From the NCBI GenBank assembly GCA_965649825.1, contig OZ287697.1, forward strand, positions 893,635 through 957,634: 64,000 nt of DNA. The letters run 5' to 3'. The DNA comes from Penicillus capitatus. Lineage: Eukaryota; Plantae; Chlorophyta. The notes under the pieces were generated by a model. The model saw only the letters and a list, made by a program, of their open reading frames with translations. It did not search any database and was not told the DNA's origin. The translations under genes and the position numbers were made by a program. This document shows positions 32,696 through 46,964 of the stretch, one piece after another (the stretch's first letter is position 1; each line of letters begins with the position of its first letter).

Positions 32696-35600
32696 GGTGC
32701 GTACGTACTGCCTTACTCACGATTCTTCAATATCCGCCAGCGGCTTCTGTCCACAGAACTGTCAATTGTCGGCAAGTAAGCTCTCTTGACTACGCAGCAA
32801 AATCGTCGTGGTGTCCTTATACGTCAGGTAACGTCCGTCAAGACTGTCCGAAGAAAAACGACTGGAAAAGTTATGGAGCGGTGCGTCCTACTAGAGTACA
32901 ATGCAATGTCGTAACTCGTACGCGTGTGGACATGGTTTACGAGGCAACGGTGGTTGTCTATTCTTGTACAAGATGGGTCTGAAGTTCACAAGATGGACAG
33001 GTGGGTAGACAGGCACCGACGAACAAACGAACGAACGAACGGGTACGGTTTGCTGCGCTTTCAGGACAACCATTCCGAAGAACCGTTTTGAGCATTGGAG
33101 AGATTCGTAACGTTCCGACGTGGCATGGAATCCACTGGACTGCACGATCTCGCAGAATTCGCAACGACGGAACTGGCAAGGATCGAAGACGTGCTGACGG
33201 ATGCCTCACCGAATTCCTTCTATGCCAACTTGGACCGTGCGCAGCAACGATTCGCTGCGTTCGTCGTTGTCGGATCACGCTGCCCATGTTATCAGATGTG
33301 CACCGACAGAGGAATGTCGCTTCAGGCACGAAGGCAAAACCGACGTCGCAGCACGACCGGAGAGGGCAATGGAGTGAAGACCATGACGAAAAGTCTGGAG
33401 TCTCGGATCGATGCTTCGAACGTAATCGAGGCGATGGAGTGGGTGGCTTCGGAGAGGACGCTCGCTCTGTTTATTGTACGGTTAATGGCGTCCAGGTGTT
33501 ATCTCTCTTTGAAGAATGCATGTTGGGAAGAGAGCATCGAGCGTGAAGAGAGACCGCATTGGATGCGTCGTTTTCAGGCAGGGATCAGGCTGCCTGTCGG
33601 AATGATGCCAGTCATCGTCGTGTCTAGGCTGCCGTCGAGCGTCTGGAGTATTTGGTGGGCACCGCCATGCGAAATGCCTTGCGGCCGAACGGCGATCTCA
33701 TCATTCTGCACGATTCTCCCAGCGCTCGAGCGCAATCAGAGATTCCGGATATCAGAATGATGAATCGATCGGCTACTCGACGTGCCATGAGAGGCAAACG
33801 ACGTTGGTACCGAATCGATATCGCTGACGGTTCGCAAGGGGTCGCTGAGCTGACAGCGGCTCTATGGAAAATCGGTACCGATGAGGCAGACGCCTGGATC
33901 AAGATCGTGCGCCATATGCGGTAATCTGATCACAGATCTCGCCGAAGCGTGTTCGTGCATCGATTTCGGGATCTGCTGGATCAGGGATGACGCATTGGCA
34001 TTGCTGAGGCAGGAGCATTTTGTCAAGTGGTCTGCTCGGCCATTGCCAAACATCCGACTCACTTGGCGCGATCACAAATCGTCGTCGCCTCGTGTGAAGC
34101 TCACGTGGAGTGGAGCATCCACCCTTCCATTACCCCGAAGCATACGCCCCGAAACGTACATCCAATTCGGCGGCAGAGCCATACTCGAGCAGCTCACACG
34201 AAAACTGCCAGCACTCATGACCCTGCCCAGTCGCCTTCCGCCCTCGGCTTTAGAGGCATTGTGTTGGCGTCCTTTCTGTCAGATTCTCGACCACGTGCGT
34301 GCGCTTTGGATGTCCGACGTCATTGCCAGGCCTTTCGTCTGCAGGCGCTTGAGTGCGTCGCCCGGGGACAGGCGCAACTCGCATCGTTCTATCCATTCAT
34401 TCGAATACAGTCGGCCATCCGACGCTTCAAACCATTGCGAAAAATTCAACAGAATGGCGTTGTCCGGAGGACTGGAACGGTTGCCAAGAAATCCATATTC
34501 GGCATGGTGGATGATCGATCTCTTACGCGTCGTCTGCGGATAGCGATGGCATTGGCAGGTGATGAATGTCCACAAGGATGCCACGGATTTCCTCAGCGGC
34601 GTTGAGTTTCTCTTCACCGAGCACGGATGTGAACTGTCCGACCGATACAGAACAGATTTCTTGACAGCCGCCAACGAAACGTGGCAGAAATGCGCTCGCC
34701 GTCTCACAAGACTCCTACGCAAAGAAGCGCGCACAGAGACGAAAGTTGGCCTTTGCGCATCCACCGAACCTCTTCCCTGAACGACATGGATTCAGAGACT
34801 GCGTGACGGCTTTCTCGCAGGATCCAATTCCATTCTGCTCGAGGTGCAGACGGATTGCTGGCCACGATGCAACGCCGTCGTCGAGGACAACACCGAGAAC
34901 AAGCCAAAACTCCTGCCATCTTCGCTCTATCGGATCGTCGAGTTGATGACGACCAACCTCAACCGCATCCACAAACTTCCTCGATCGCTGATGACAGCAC
35001 CCTGTGCATATCGCCTTGCTCTGAATCGAAGACGAGACATGGAATGGCAGGTTGGATGACACTCGACTGCGTGGATGTGTGTCTGGAATCGATGCGTGAT
35101 CTCCTGATGCCGACAGAGACCTTCGAATCGCACAAAAGCTATGGACTGCTGAATTGCCTCGTCTTGGTGCAGCGCAGAATGGAGCACGTTGAACAGCTCT
35201 ATGACGTCGAGCCGAGAGAGGACGAAATGTGGAAGATTCTTCGATGCTTTGCCCAGAAGCTCACCTCTGTATGCACGAATAGCCCTCGAGCCATCCATAT
35301 CAAGTGGCTGGGTGTATGGACGTCTGTTTAGATCCGCAAGGCCATTTCGCGTTTTCAGCGATACATTGTGGAGGCACATGTCCAACGCCTTTCTAAATTT
35401 TGCGCACGGGTGGCAATGGCAGAAGATTGGTCGTCGTCGCGGCAATCCGATGCAAGAAAAGCTGTACATCCAAGACTGAACGTCTGCTATGCGATGCTCT
35501 CGACAGTCCATGACGAGATGCATCAGATGCTCTCCATCTCGATGGCCGAAATCCTTTTCTCCGAGGTTCTGCCGCAACGAGCTGCTGTTGTCTCCCATCG

Positions 35601-36166
35601 AGACGATTCTATGGCCGTCAAGGTAATGGAGCAGTTTCTTACACTGCTCGCAGCGTCATACCTGGACGTTCTTCCATCGGAGACACTTGTTGAGACATAT
35701 GCTATCGACATTGCCTCTGTGCTGAGAATGACGTTGACATTTGTCGAAGAGAGGCATCCTCTGATGACAAGAAACTCCCGTCGCTGTTGGGAGAACATCG
35801 AGGACATCTGCTTCACCTTGGCGACGCAAGCAGGTGCGTCTTTGGCAACGGTAAACATAGAATCACCTTTCTGGCTGTTCAGCTCTGATGATCCATCCGA
35901 TCGAAGACATCGAGAGATTCGCAGAGAAGCAGTCGATGGCTAAAGAGGAACGCGTGCCATGGGATTGGATCCCGAATGCCTTGAAGTCGTGGATGCAGCT
36001 CGTCGATGTCGACAAGGAAGCGGATGTCGAGCCAAACGATTTCCGCCGTTTCTTCAGCCGTCTTGCCGAAAACGCTTCGCACGAAGCCATCCAATGGTCC
36101 TTACAGCATCGACACAAGAAAACCAGCACGAGCGTTTCCCAAGAGTCACCACGCCTAGATCTTTAA
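32681..36166 (+). CDS. Large multi-exon hypothetical protein, probably alpha-helical
   Basis: A chain of short exons separated by 44-64 nt GT-AG introns keeps one frame from 32681 (alternative start ATG 32873). Protein-like segments run through to ...HEAIQWSLQHRHKKTSTSVSQESPRLDL*. Family not recognised. Confidence 0.65.
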
Positions 36167-36300
36167 ATACGATGCTCTTCGATGCACATCGCACATCGAC
36201 AGAACAGATAGACCGATTGCAAAACAGAAGGTTGTGCAGTACTGCCTGACAGGGTTGGATATCGACCGCCCTCGTTCGTGGATACTTTCATCGACTGCCT

Positions 36301-38965
36301 TTAGACACCCGTCGCACGGCTGCCCAGATGGTACACCATGATTCTTTGATCCGATACGACGATGGCCAATCCAGAATCGCTGACGGCCAAGGGTCGTGTC
36401 ACACTAGCATACTCGTGTGTGATCTTCTGTTTTTCGACACTGTTCAGCGTCACGAAGTGACTCTTGCACACCTTCTCAAAGTTCTGCACGCAAAAGCTCC
36501 CGACAGATAACGCACGCCAGGAGTGCCGTCCGCACCTCGAGATCCGTCGGCGGATCGCACGTCATTCGATCGGAGCTGTGCTGTTGGACCGTTTCCATCT
36601 TAATAGCAACGAGGTCTGTCAGTCCTGTCTTCTTGGCTTCGATCAATGCCAAGACGTGGGAATCTCGAAAGAGGCAGTGATCGATGAGCTTCAAATCGTT
36701 TGGAACGGAAAAGGCCGTCGGTGTGAGGACCTGCATACCCAACACGCATCGACAGAGAGAGGCAGCATCGAACGCCATCGCACAGGAGAGTGGCCTTGTT
36801 CGGATCGTTTCAGCATCCCACGCACGATGATGATCTTCTGACTCTCGCTTCGCAATCTTCCTGCCTGACTGTTGAACACCAACGAGAACTGTCTTGTCTC
36901 CGAACCCATTCCGTAGCATGACAAACTGGTCATGACATCGAACTTTACAGAAAACGAACACAGAGTGATCTGCAGAACAGAATGCCGCCGTCGAAAGGAA
37001 AGGAGACATGGACGTACGACAGAAGTGCAATGGATCGTGCCGCCAAGATACTTCTTGAGATCTTGGAGACATCTCTTGGTGGATGTTATGATGCGACCCA
37101 GCAGACATCGCATGCCCATCGACTCCTCCTCGCTCCGCATCTTTTCGACAACCTCTGTGGCAATCTTGTGCAGAGATGGTCGCTTTTTCAGCTCGGTACG
37201 AAAATGGGAAGGACGTGCATCTAGCGCCTGTATTCAAAGCAGACGGCCGTTGTGGCCCACACTGCCTAGAGGGCAGACCTCGAATTCGGTCATCAAAGAC
37301 TCCTGCTGAAGCTCTCCGTGCATAAACTCGAGCAGGAGGTCGGTGTTCTGTGCCAGGACGGTATCTTTGGCGTTTTCTTCCTGCGAGACCTGACGGACGA
37401 ACTGCAGAAGGCAGAGGAACAGTCGATAGCCCTTGCCGATCGCATGCAACCTACTCGTCAAAGTCTACCGATGCACGCCTACCGTGTGCTCCCCTAACCT
37501 TTCGTGGATCTGATCCAATCGGAGCAGCAGCCACATAGTTCTGCTCCTTATCTCATGCAACTGCTTCTCCTGGGGATTCTTTGCATCAGGGAGGGCAGTC
37601 GGAAGATCGTTACGGACTTTGAGGCCGAAGGCGGTTTCCCTCAAGATATCTTGGCATTCAGCAAAGCTGCAGAGCTCCTCCACGATGACCAGCACTTTCT
37701 GAAACTGCAGTCGCAGGCGGCCGTTGAGCAGAGACGTCATATTGTGCAATGCCCCATCGAGCACATGTGCGTTTCTTTGTAGCACGATACTCGTCCAGCG
37801 CTTCTCCAAGAAGTACTTGAGATTTTCCGTGACGATATGCATTCCCATGAAAATGGTCAGCTCATCCACCAGTTGCTCCAGAGAGATGTCCGGGCCATTG
37901 AGTATGGCATGATAATGCTTCAACATATTTAACCACGTCGTACGCAACTGCTCCAAGCATTCCTCGCAGTCTAAACACGCGATACCGTCGTCAGGATGCT
38001 CAGAGAAGCAGCTCCGGTCATACCTTCTAGGAGAGATCCCATTCGAGACACTTTGAGCGCCACGGATGAGACGCTTTCCATGTTCGATCCAATCTCGCGA
38101 CAATCGCAGATCATGAGCTTCAAAGAACCCAACACTAGAGAACAGATGCCATCTCTGTAGCTGGTGACAGAAGGCGGGCAGCAACGGACCGTTGGTGCCT
38201 TGATGCGAGAACTGCATCAGGATCAGTGCGGAGCCATCCTTGATCATTGCCACCTGTCACATCACTCCATAGCTACCCACATCGGCGAATGGGCCAACCC
38301 ACCTCACGCAGTTCGACTTCCGTAACGTTGCCTTCAACGAAAGCCGATGTCTGAACTTGTGCGATGGCGACATTGGCTTCGAGGAAGAGAGTGACCTCTC
38401 CGTTACGATGCCCCACGGACAGAATGGTTCCGTGATAGGAAGAGGGCGGTGCGCTTGGCAATGGACCCGTCGATGTCGCAGAGAGTTTGTCAAATTCTCG
38501 ATAGACGGAGGCGGCGTCGGTCGGGCGTTTGGATAGCGATGATGTGACTTCTGGGACGAGATTCTGTCGATTGTGTGATGCATCCAATGGCCGCGTCATT
38601 CCATCGACATCCCGCGTTGTCCAGTCCATACAGACGATCTCACGATCCTCCGTGTTGCCCGCCATATCGACTTTGACTGTGAACTCCACGACGCCCGTCT
38701 CTTTGGAGAGGCACTGAACAGAGCCATCCTCGTATCCGACCAACAACGATCGTCCATCTGGCGACCAGCATAGCGCCGTCGGCTGAAGCGCCGTATGCGA
38801 TGACCACACGCGTTTCCAGGGTAGACGATAGAGCGTCAGCGGCGCATCTTCGAAGATGACGGCGATGAGTTCGTGAATCGGCGACCAGCGCAGCAACTGT
38901 ACGCGACTTGTCGTCGCCTTGGTGGCATAGACAGAAAACGGCCGTCCTTCCTGTTGCGGTTCCAT
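36301..38965 (-). CDS. APC4: Anaphase-promoting complex subunit 4
   Basis: N-terminal WD40 WSPIHELIAV...LYRLPWKRVW...TALCWSPDGRSLLVGYEDGSV. A helical middle region and a C-terminal propeller region follow in the order typical of APC4. Confidence 0.85.
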
Positions 38966-39135
38966 CTCGCCTACGATTCCGTCATTAAACGTCGCATTTA
39001 CATCTCATCGTGCGGTTGCCGCGTCCTTCGGTAGGCAGTGCGTCAGCTTTGCTCCTCTTCGATACAGCACGTCGTTGTTTAGGTGGATCTTTTCGCTGAC
39101 TTGTTTTTATTCTTTTAATGCAAGCGAGCTCGACG

Positions 39136-40260
39136 ATGGAGAAGGACTTAGTGCACGACGAAAGCCTTCTCGACCTTCTAACGAAGCAACAGACGGAAGG
39201 GGCGTCGGGTGTCAGGTAATGTGACGTCGTTGGGGTGCCTCGGATGACATTGGGCGTGACGCCGACGACAGCGCCATGCATTGGTGGGTGTGCTGTTCGT
39301 AGGTTGAGTTTCCATCAGGACTTGCTCTCTCCTTTGAGCTTTTTTCTATCCCCTCTGCACTATGCTGCCGCTACTGGAAACACGGCACTCGTCTGTTATC
39401 TCTATAGCGAAGCATCGTGTCCATCGAAACAAGGAAAGAACATCACGGTGGCTTCGTTTTCTGCTGGGGGACGAAATGGACGTACTTCCTGGAGAATACC
39501 GGTCGCTGTCTCTCCCTCCCAGACAGCTTCTTTGGCTGGTCATGCTGTGACAGCCAAGGCACTGAAGCAACTCGAGAATGGAGTGCCGTTGCATTGGAAT
39601 CGAAAAGTGCATAGCAAGTTTGCCAGCAATGAATTCAAGCTTAAGGCACGTAACCATCCTCCCTTGTCCACACCATCATCCCACGAAATGCTGACTGAGT
39701 CCATCCCTGTGCAGAGTCGTAAGCTCATGAAGACATTGCTCGACGCGGATTGGTTCTATGCGTTACCCGGACCTGCACGTGTGATGTTGACGGACAAGCT
39801 GATGACGCAGCTGGCACGTGATCACGTTTGGGGCTTCCTCGATAAATGCATCTGGGAAGGAGACTGGCATTCTCTGTTGGGGGATCATATGATGATGGCT
39901 ATTGAAAAGTACAGTACTCTTGCCGCAGAACACGCTTCTTCACAATCTCGTAACCGCCACTATCCACCTCAATATCAATTCAGTGTGGGACAAGGTATGC
40001 CATCGCCTCCTTGGTCTGCCTGACACCTCTGCTCGGCAGTCGATGATCAAGTGCGCCGACGCCAGTATTTCCGCAAGGCTCTTAGGGTTCTGCGACGCGG
40101 TATCTGTGGCGGATTCTGGTGGTTGTTACACAGGAGTGAGAAAGGAGGCCCGTCGTTTACATTCTTCGTGGGTGTATTTGTTGCCACCGGATATAATGAG
40201 TGGCTCCAATCGTTTCTGCCTTTACTTCTGCGCATCTTCCGAGATCCAGCAAACAGCTAA
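39136..40260 (+). CDS. Ankyrin-repeat protein with a hydrophobic C-terminus
   Basis: SPLHYAAATGNTALVCYLY and SPSQTASLAGHAVTAKAL ankyrin-like motifs. A G|GTATGC intron leads to a last exon ending ...FTFFVGVFVATGYNEWLQSFLPLLLRIFRDPANS*. Start approximate. Confidence 0.6.
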
Positions 40261-40613
40261 GCTGGTCTACGGTTGCATTCTTTGATGCTTCTTCCGTGTG
40301 CCCTCCCCTGTCTCGACCAGATGTCAATCAATGGATCTGACGCTTCCATAATGATGAAAGTTGACCATACTTCTCTCACACCTGCCTCTTGGATTCTTCA
40401 CATTTTTTGTGCAGCACGAGACAATAAACTGTTTAAACATTGATCGTTTCTAATGGAACGCTATAAAGCAAGCAAACTTTTGAAAAACATCTGGATTTGA
40501 TTCTCCAGGATTATGACGTTGGGAAGGTGCATGTGTGGTACTGAAGAAGATGTAATGTTGAAGTGGCAGAAGTGCAGTTCAAATTCAAAACGTCCAATCC
40601 GCTCTGTCAATGT

Positions 40614-43090
<2,477 letters not shown>

Positions 43091-44477
43091 CTGCGAGACG
43101 CAAACCATCATCCTTCGCAGAGAACGGATAGAAATAGAGTCGCATTTCCGCGCCGAGACGAAAACCGCCGGAGAGACGCGTCGGTCGGAAAAGAACGGAA
43201 ATAGAGGTACTGTGCGAGGTTGGCTGCCAGGGTCGTCGCTGGTCTGATTCGAGAGCGCCGATGGATCGAGATATCGAGTCTGGGGACCGGTCAAGAAATT
43301 AAGAACGAGCGGAAGGGGCGTTAGCTTCCTCGTCGGTGTTTATCGCACGTTACCTTTTTTCTTGCGCCGAGGGAGATGGTGTGTCTTTGAGGACTGCTGA
43401 TTGGGGATGGTGCTTCTCTTTGAGGGTCACTGTATCAATGGTGCCAATTCAGCAGCATCGTATGGCGTCATCTTGAAAAGACAGCTATCACCGCTGGCGA
43501 CGGAGATCGCGTGACGTAACGCTCCGGTCACCTGACGGAAGCGCCGGGAGGATATGCAAACGATTCCGACAGAAATGTCCCTGAACAACAAATAGGAGAG
43601 AGAAGAGGTACATGCGTGCATGTCATCATACTATGAGAGTACAGTATAGATGATGTGTTGATGGACTTAAACAATGCATGCATACATGGCTCGAGGCCTA
43701 AAGCAAGAATGACAGATACGTTTCGTTAGGGAGTGCATGAGCGTCACCCAAAAGATTTGTACTGTCGAATGACGTTCGCATCTGTGGCGGCTGTCGTACT
43801 GGGTTGTGAAGGATAGATGACTGGCCTGTGTCTTCGATATCGAGTTTTGTGTATTTTTGGACGCTGCCGATTGCGGGAAGATGCGGAGACAGTGAGGAAT
43901 ACGTTCTGTCGGACTTTTGCGTGGGAGAGATGGAGCTGAACGAGAAGGAGGGTATCAGATGGTTTAGTTGTAAGATCGTCTGACACCGTTACACGTGTGC
44001 ACCAACAACGAAGCTTCCGATATGTTTTTCCGACATGAATCTTTGGGCCGCGATATAGTTAACGAGGCCATCTTCGATGCTTGCATAGGTATTGCGCAAA
44101 GACCGGTTGTGAAGTAAGCGCTAATGACCACGGATGTTTTTTTCGATATGCACAACAGCCCCGCGACCAAAGAAAGATCCCGGCACCAAAAAGGCTCCAC
44201 GAAAACGACGGCGATTCTTTGTATGAATGTATGAAAACAGAAAGTGACGGACAACAATACGCGACAGGTTATCAACGGCCGCGTTTCGACCAAACGTTCG
44301 TGCGTCGTCACCTGCAGTTACGGACAGCTCCCTCGACGATGTCTCCGGCAACTATCTGGTAGTCGCCAACGCGACAAAGAACCAGAGATGCACGGTAGGA
44401 CAGTACAAAACGCATTAGGGATGACCTACTGCTCATCTGACCGAGTCGACGACAAAACCATTCACTAAACCGCCGAC

Positions 44478-45496
44478 ATGTTTCGAATAGAAGGATATTA
44501 TATTATCGTCGACTTTGCGCTCTCTTTTCTCAAACTGTCGGCCCTCTACTATGTCGGCGGCTGTGTCCTGCAGTTTTTCGTACCGACGCTTGTCCGCGTC
44601 AAAAGACTCCAAAGGGGCAAACGGCCCAAGGCACAGATCTTTCGCGACGCCTGGCGAAGCGTCGGTATGCACCCGATCCGCCTCTTCGCGCGTCCATCCT
44701 TCTCTTTCTCAGGTCCTCTAGCCGTCAAGGCCTTGATCTGGACAGTCGTGAAGATTCTACACGATAAGGGTATCGGTCAGCTTTACCAAGCCACGCACTT
44801 ATCGTTCGCTGAAGTCCACCTCACACAAACGAGCTTCTGGAGCTCACTCACACCTGTATCCTGTCAGATCGCATACAGTTTGTGGACAGTGGTGGTGTTG
44901 GACGTGTTGCACGATGCTTGGTTCTACTTAACACATCGATGGCTGCACAGCAAGCCTCTCTATCGACTCGTCCACTATCTACATCACCAGTCCGTCATAC
45001 CGCTCTGTCTGATGTCAGATGGACATGGATAGCGTTTCTGCTGGTGGTGTAGGTCCCGTGTGCCATCGGCGTTCACAGCTTACAGCTTTCATATATCGGA
45101 GGCATTTTTGGTGTTTGCAAACGAAGTGCTCGTCTGCTTTGTTTTCCCGATCGATCTCCGTCTGCACAGAATCTATCATCTCCTTAGCACGCTCATACAC
45201 CAAGGTTTGTGCTCTGTCCCTAAAGAGTGTCTTCAGGTACGCTAGTAGGTGGTCATGTCGGTTATGAAATCAGCCCGTATTCGCCTATGTTGTCGAATAT
45301 CCTGTTTGCTACCTTATTACCCAGGAACGTGTGGATATGGTTGACGACGTATTGGATGAATACAGTTCAACACCATGACATGCATCACACCCACGTCGGT
45401 TGGCATTTCTCACTTTACTATACGCATTGGGACCGACTTTTGAAAACGTTGCACCCTAACTACGATCGCATTGTTAACCACTATCTCGAATGCTGA
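44478..45496 (+). CDS. Sterol desaturase / fatty acid hydroxylase family protein
   Basis: His boxes HDAWFYLTHRWLH, VHYLHH and HHDMHH, plus FSLYYTHWDRL. Several short GT-AG introns restore the frame. Confidence 0.93.
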
Positions 45497-45500
45497 AGAC

Positions 45501-46706
45501 ATGCCACAGACAACGTTGCGGTGTTCTCATCGATGGTCACAAAACGCACGGCACCGAGATCGCGTGAATCACACAGAGATCCATCCTCGACTGGCAAAAG
45601 AGTTTTGACGGCGTCCTCTAGGAACTAGAGAATCGGCTGACGGTACTCAGCAGCCGCCACCTTGACGAACAAGACTTTGTCGTGGAGTATCGTCTCTTTG
45701 TCGTACATTCAACGACATGCAGCCGGGCAGGTACGACTTGACTCGTCCGAGGAGCAAACTGAGCTTGGTTGCCTTGCAGAGACGGAAACGGTGAGAAGTC
45801 GCTGTTTTCGGGTCCACCTGGGCGCCCAATCAATGCTCCTCCTGTCCCAGGTCTGGCTCCATTCTTGGACCTGGATGCGAGCGCTGTGTCTAAACAGGTG
45901 TCCTCACGAGTGCGTCTCCGCATCCGGCACCGACGCCTGCTCCGGCGCTTCGTGGTCCGAGCGAGATACAAACACGTGTCAAAGACCCTTACGAGGTACG
46001 AACGACGGCGCCAGCGGACTACAGCTTTCATACATGGGCCCCACCGAGAGACCTCCCTAGGCCATATCCTGAGCACTATGGCATGAACATCGCGTCCTCT
46101 TGAACTGCTGCATAAAAGGCGGTCTGTTTCTCAGGCGGACGTCCTCCACCTTACTTCCACGATCCGTATGAACGCTATCAGCCTCTACGACATTTTTCGG
46201 ACAGCACTTGGCGTCCAAGAGGGCGAAAGGTAAAAGGCAGAGGTTTCTTGCGAGTGATCGAGGGTGGTTGCGTGTTCAGCGTCGTCCCTCCAGTATAGAG
46301 CGACCGAGGAGAGTGCATCCTGAAGATCACCAGCGCGAAGCGGCAGAGAATCGAGTGCGGCAACAGCTCCAGGGTGTTCATGTTATGGAAGAACTTTGCA
46401 GCAAAGATTCCTACCAACGATATCTCAAGCTCTCCGGTAGGCGCGGTTCGAACGGACTCTGTCAGACGATATGTCTCGATAGAAGCGAAGCAAGAGGATT
46501 CACCAAGACAGCAAGATCCACCATTCAAGCTGACAAAGCTTCGCGACGGAGAGACGCGAGATGCCGTTAAAGATTTCCAGAAGGCCCTTCAGGAGGTGGA
46601 GGAAAAGAGGACGAAGGCCGATTGCGTTCAGACCTGGAACTCGACGATCTATCTAACTGCTGTCCAAGCAGATGTGTTGAGAAGCTACTGCCGTCCAGGA
46701 AGTTGA
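45501..46706 (+). CDS. Unannotated multi-exon hypothetical gene (possibly two genes)
   Basis: ATG 45501 MPQTTLRCSHRWSQNARHRDR | 58-nt intron | ELENRLTVLSSRHLDEQDFVVEYRLF... | 49-nt intron | ... | 47-nt intron | VSSRVRLRIRHRR... stays in one frame. The link to the charged exons at 46270-46706 is unresolved. Confidence 0.5.
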
Positions 46707-46964
46707 AAGACATCTGTCATGCGAAGCCCCGTCAATCAGCAGATAGGCCACATCACTCCTGACGTTCTCCCATACCGTGTTTATTCTCTGATTGAATCGC
46801 AATGTGGCGTACGTACTATGTTAACCGTAACACATGCTTCGGAAGCACCAGAAGCGACAGGATTCGACGTTGATCCCAAACGATAGAACCAAAAAAATAA
46901 CGGTACCTTGTGATCGCGTGCGCCTGAATACGTGTTCGCATACGGTGCATTTCGTGTACGAAGA

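Noticed and set aside
43870-44100. Possible protein-kinase remnant (YVLSDFCVG...HRYTCAP)
   Set aside because: No HRD, VAIK or glycine-loop motifs nearby. Similarity is too weak.
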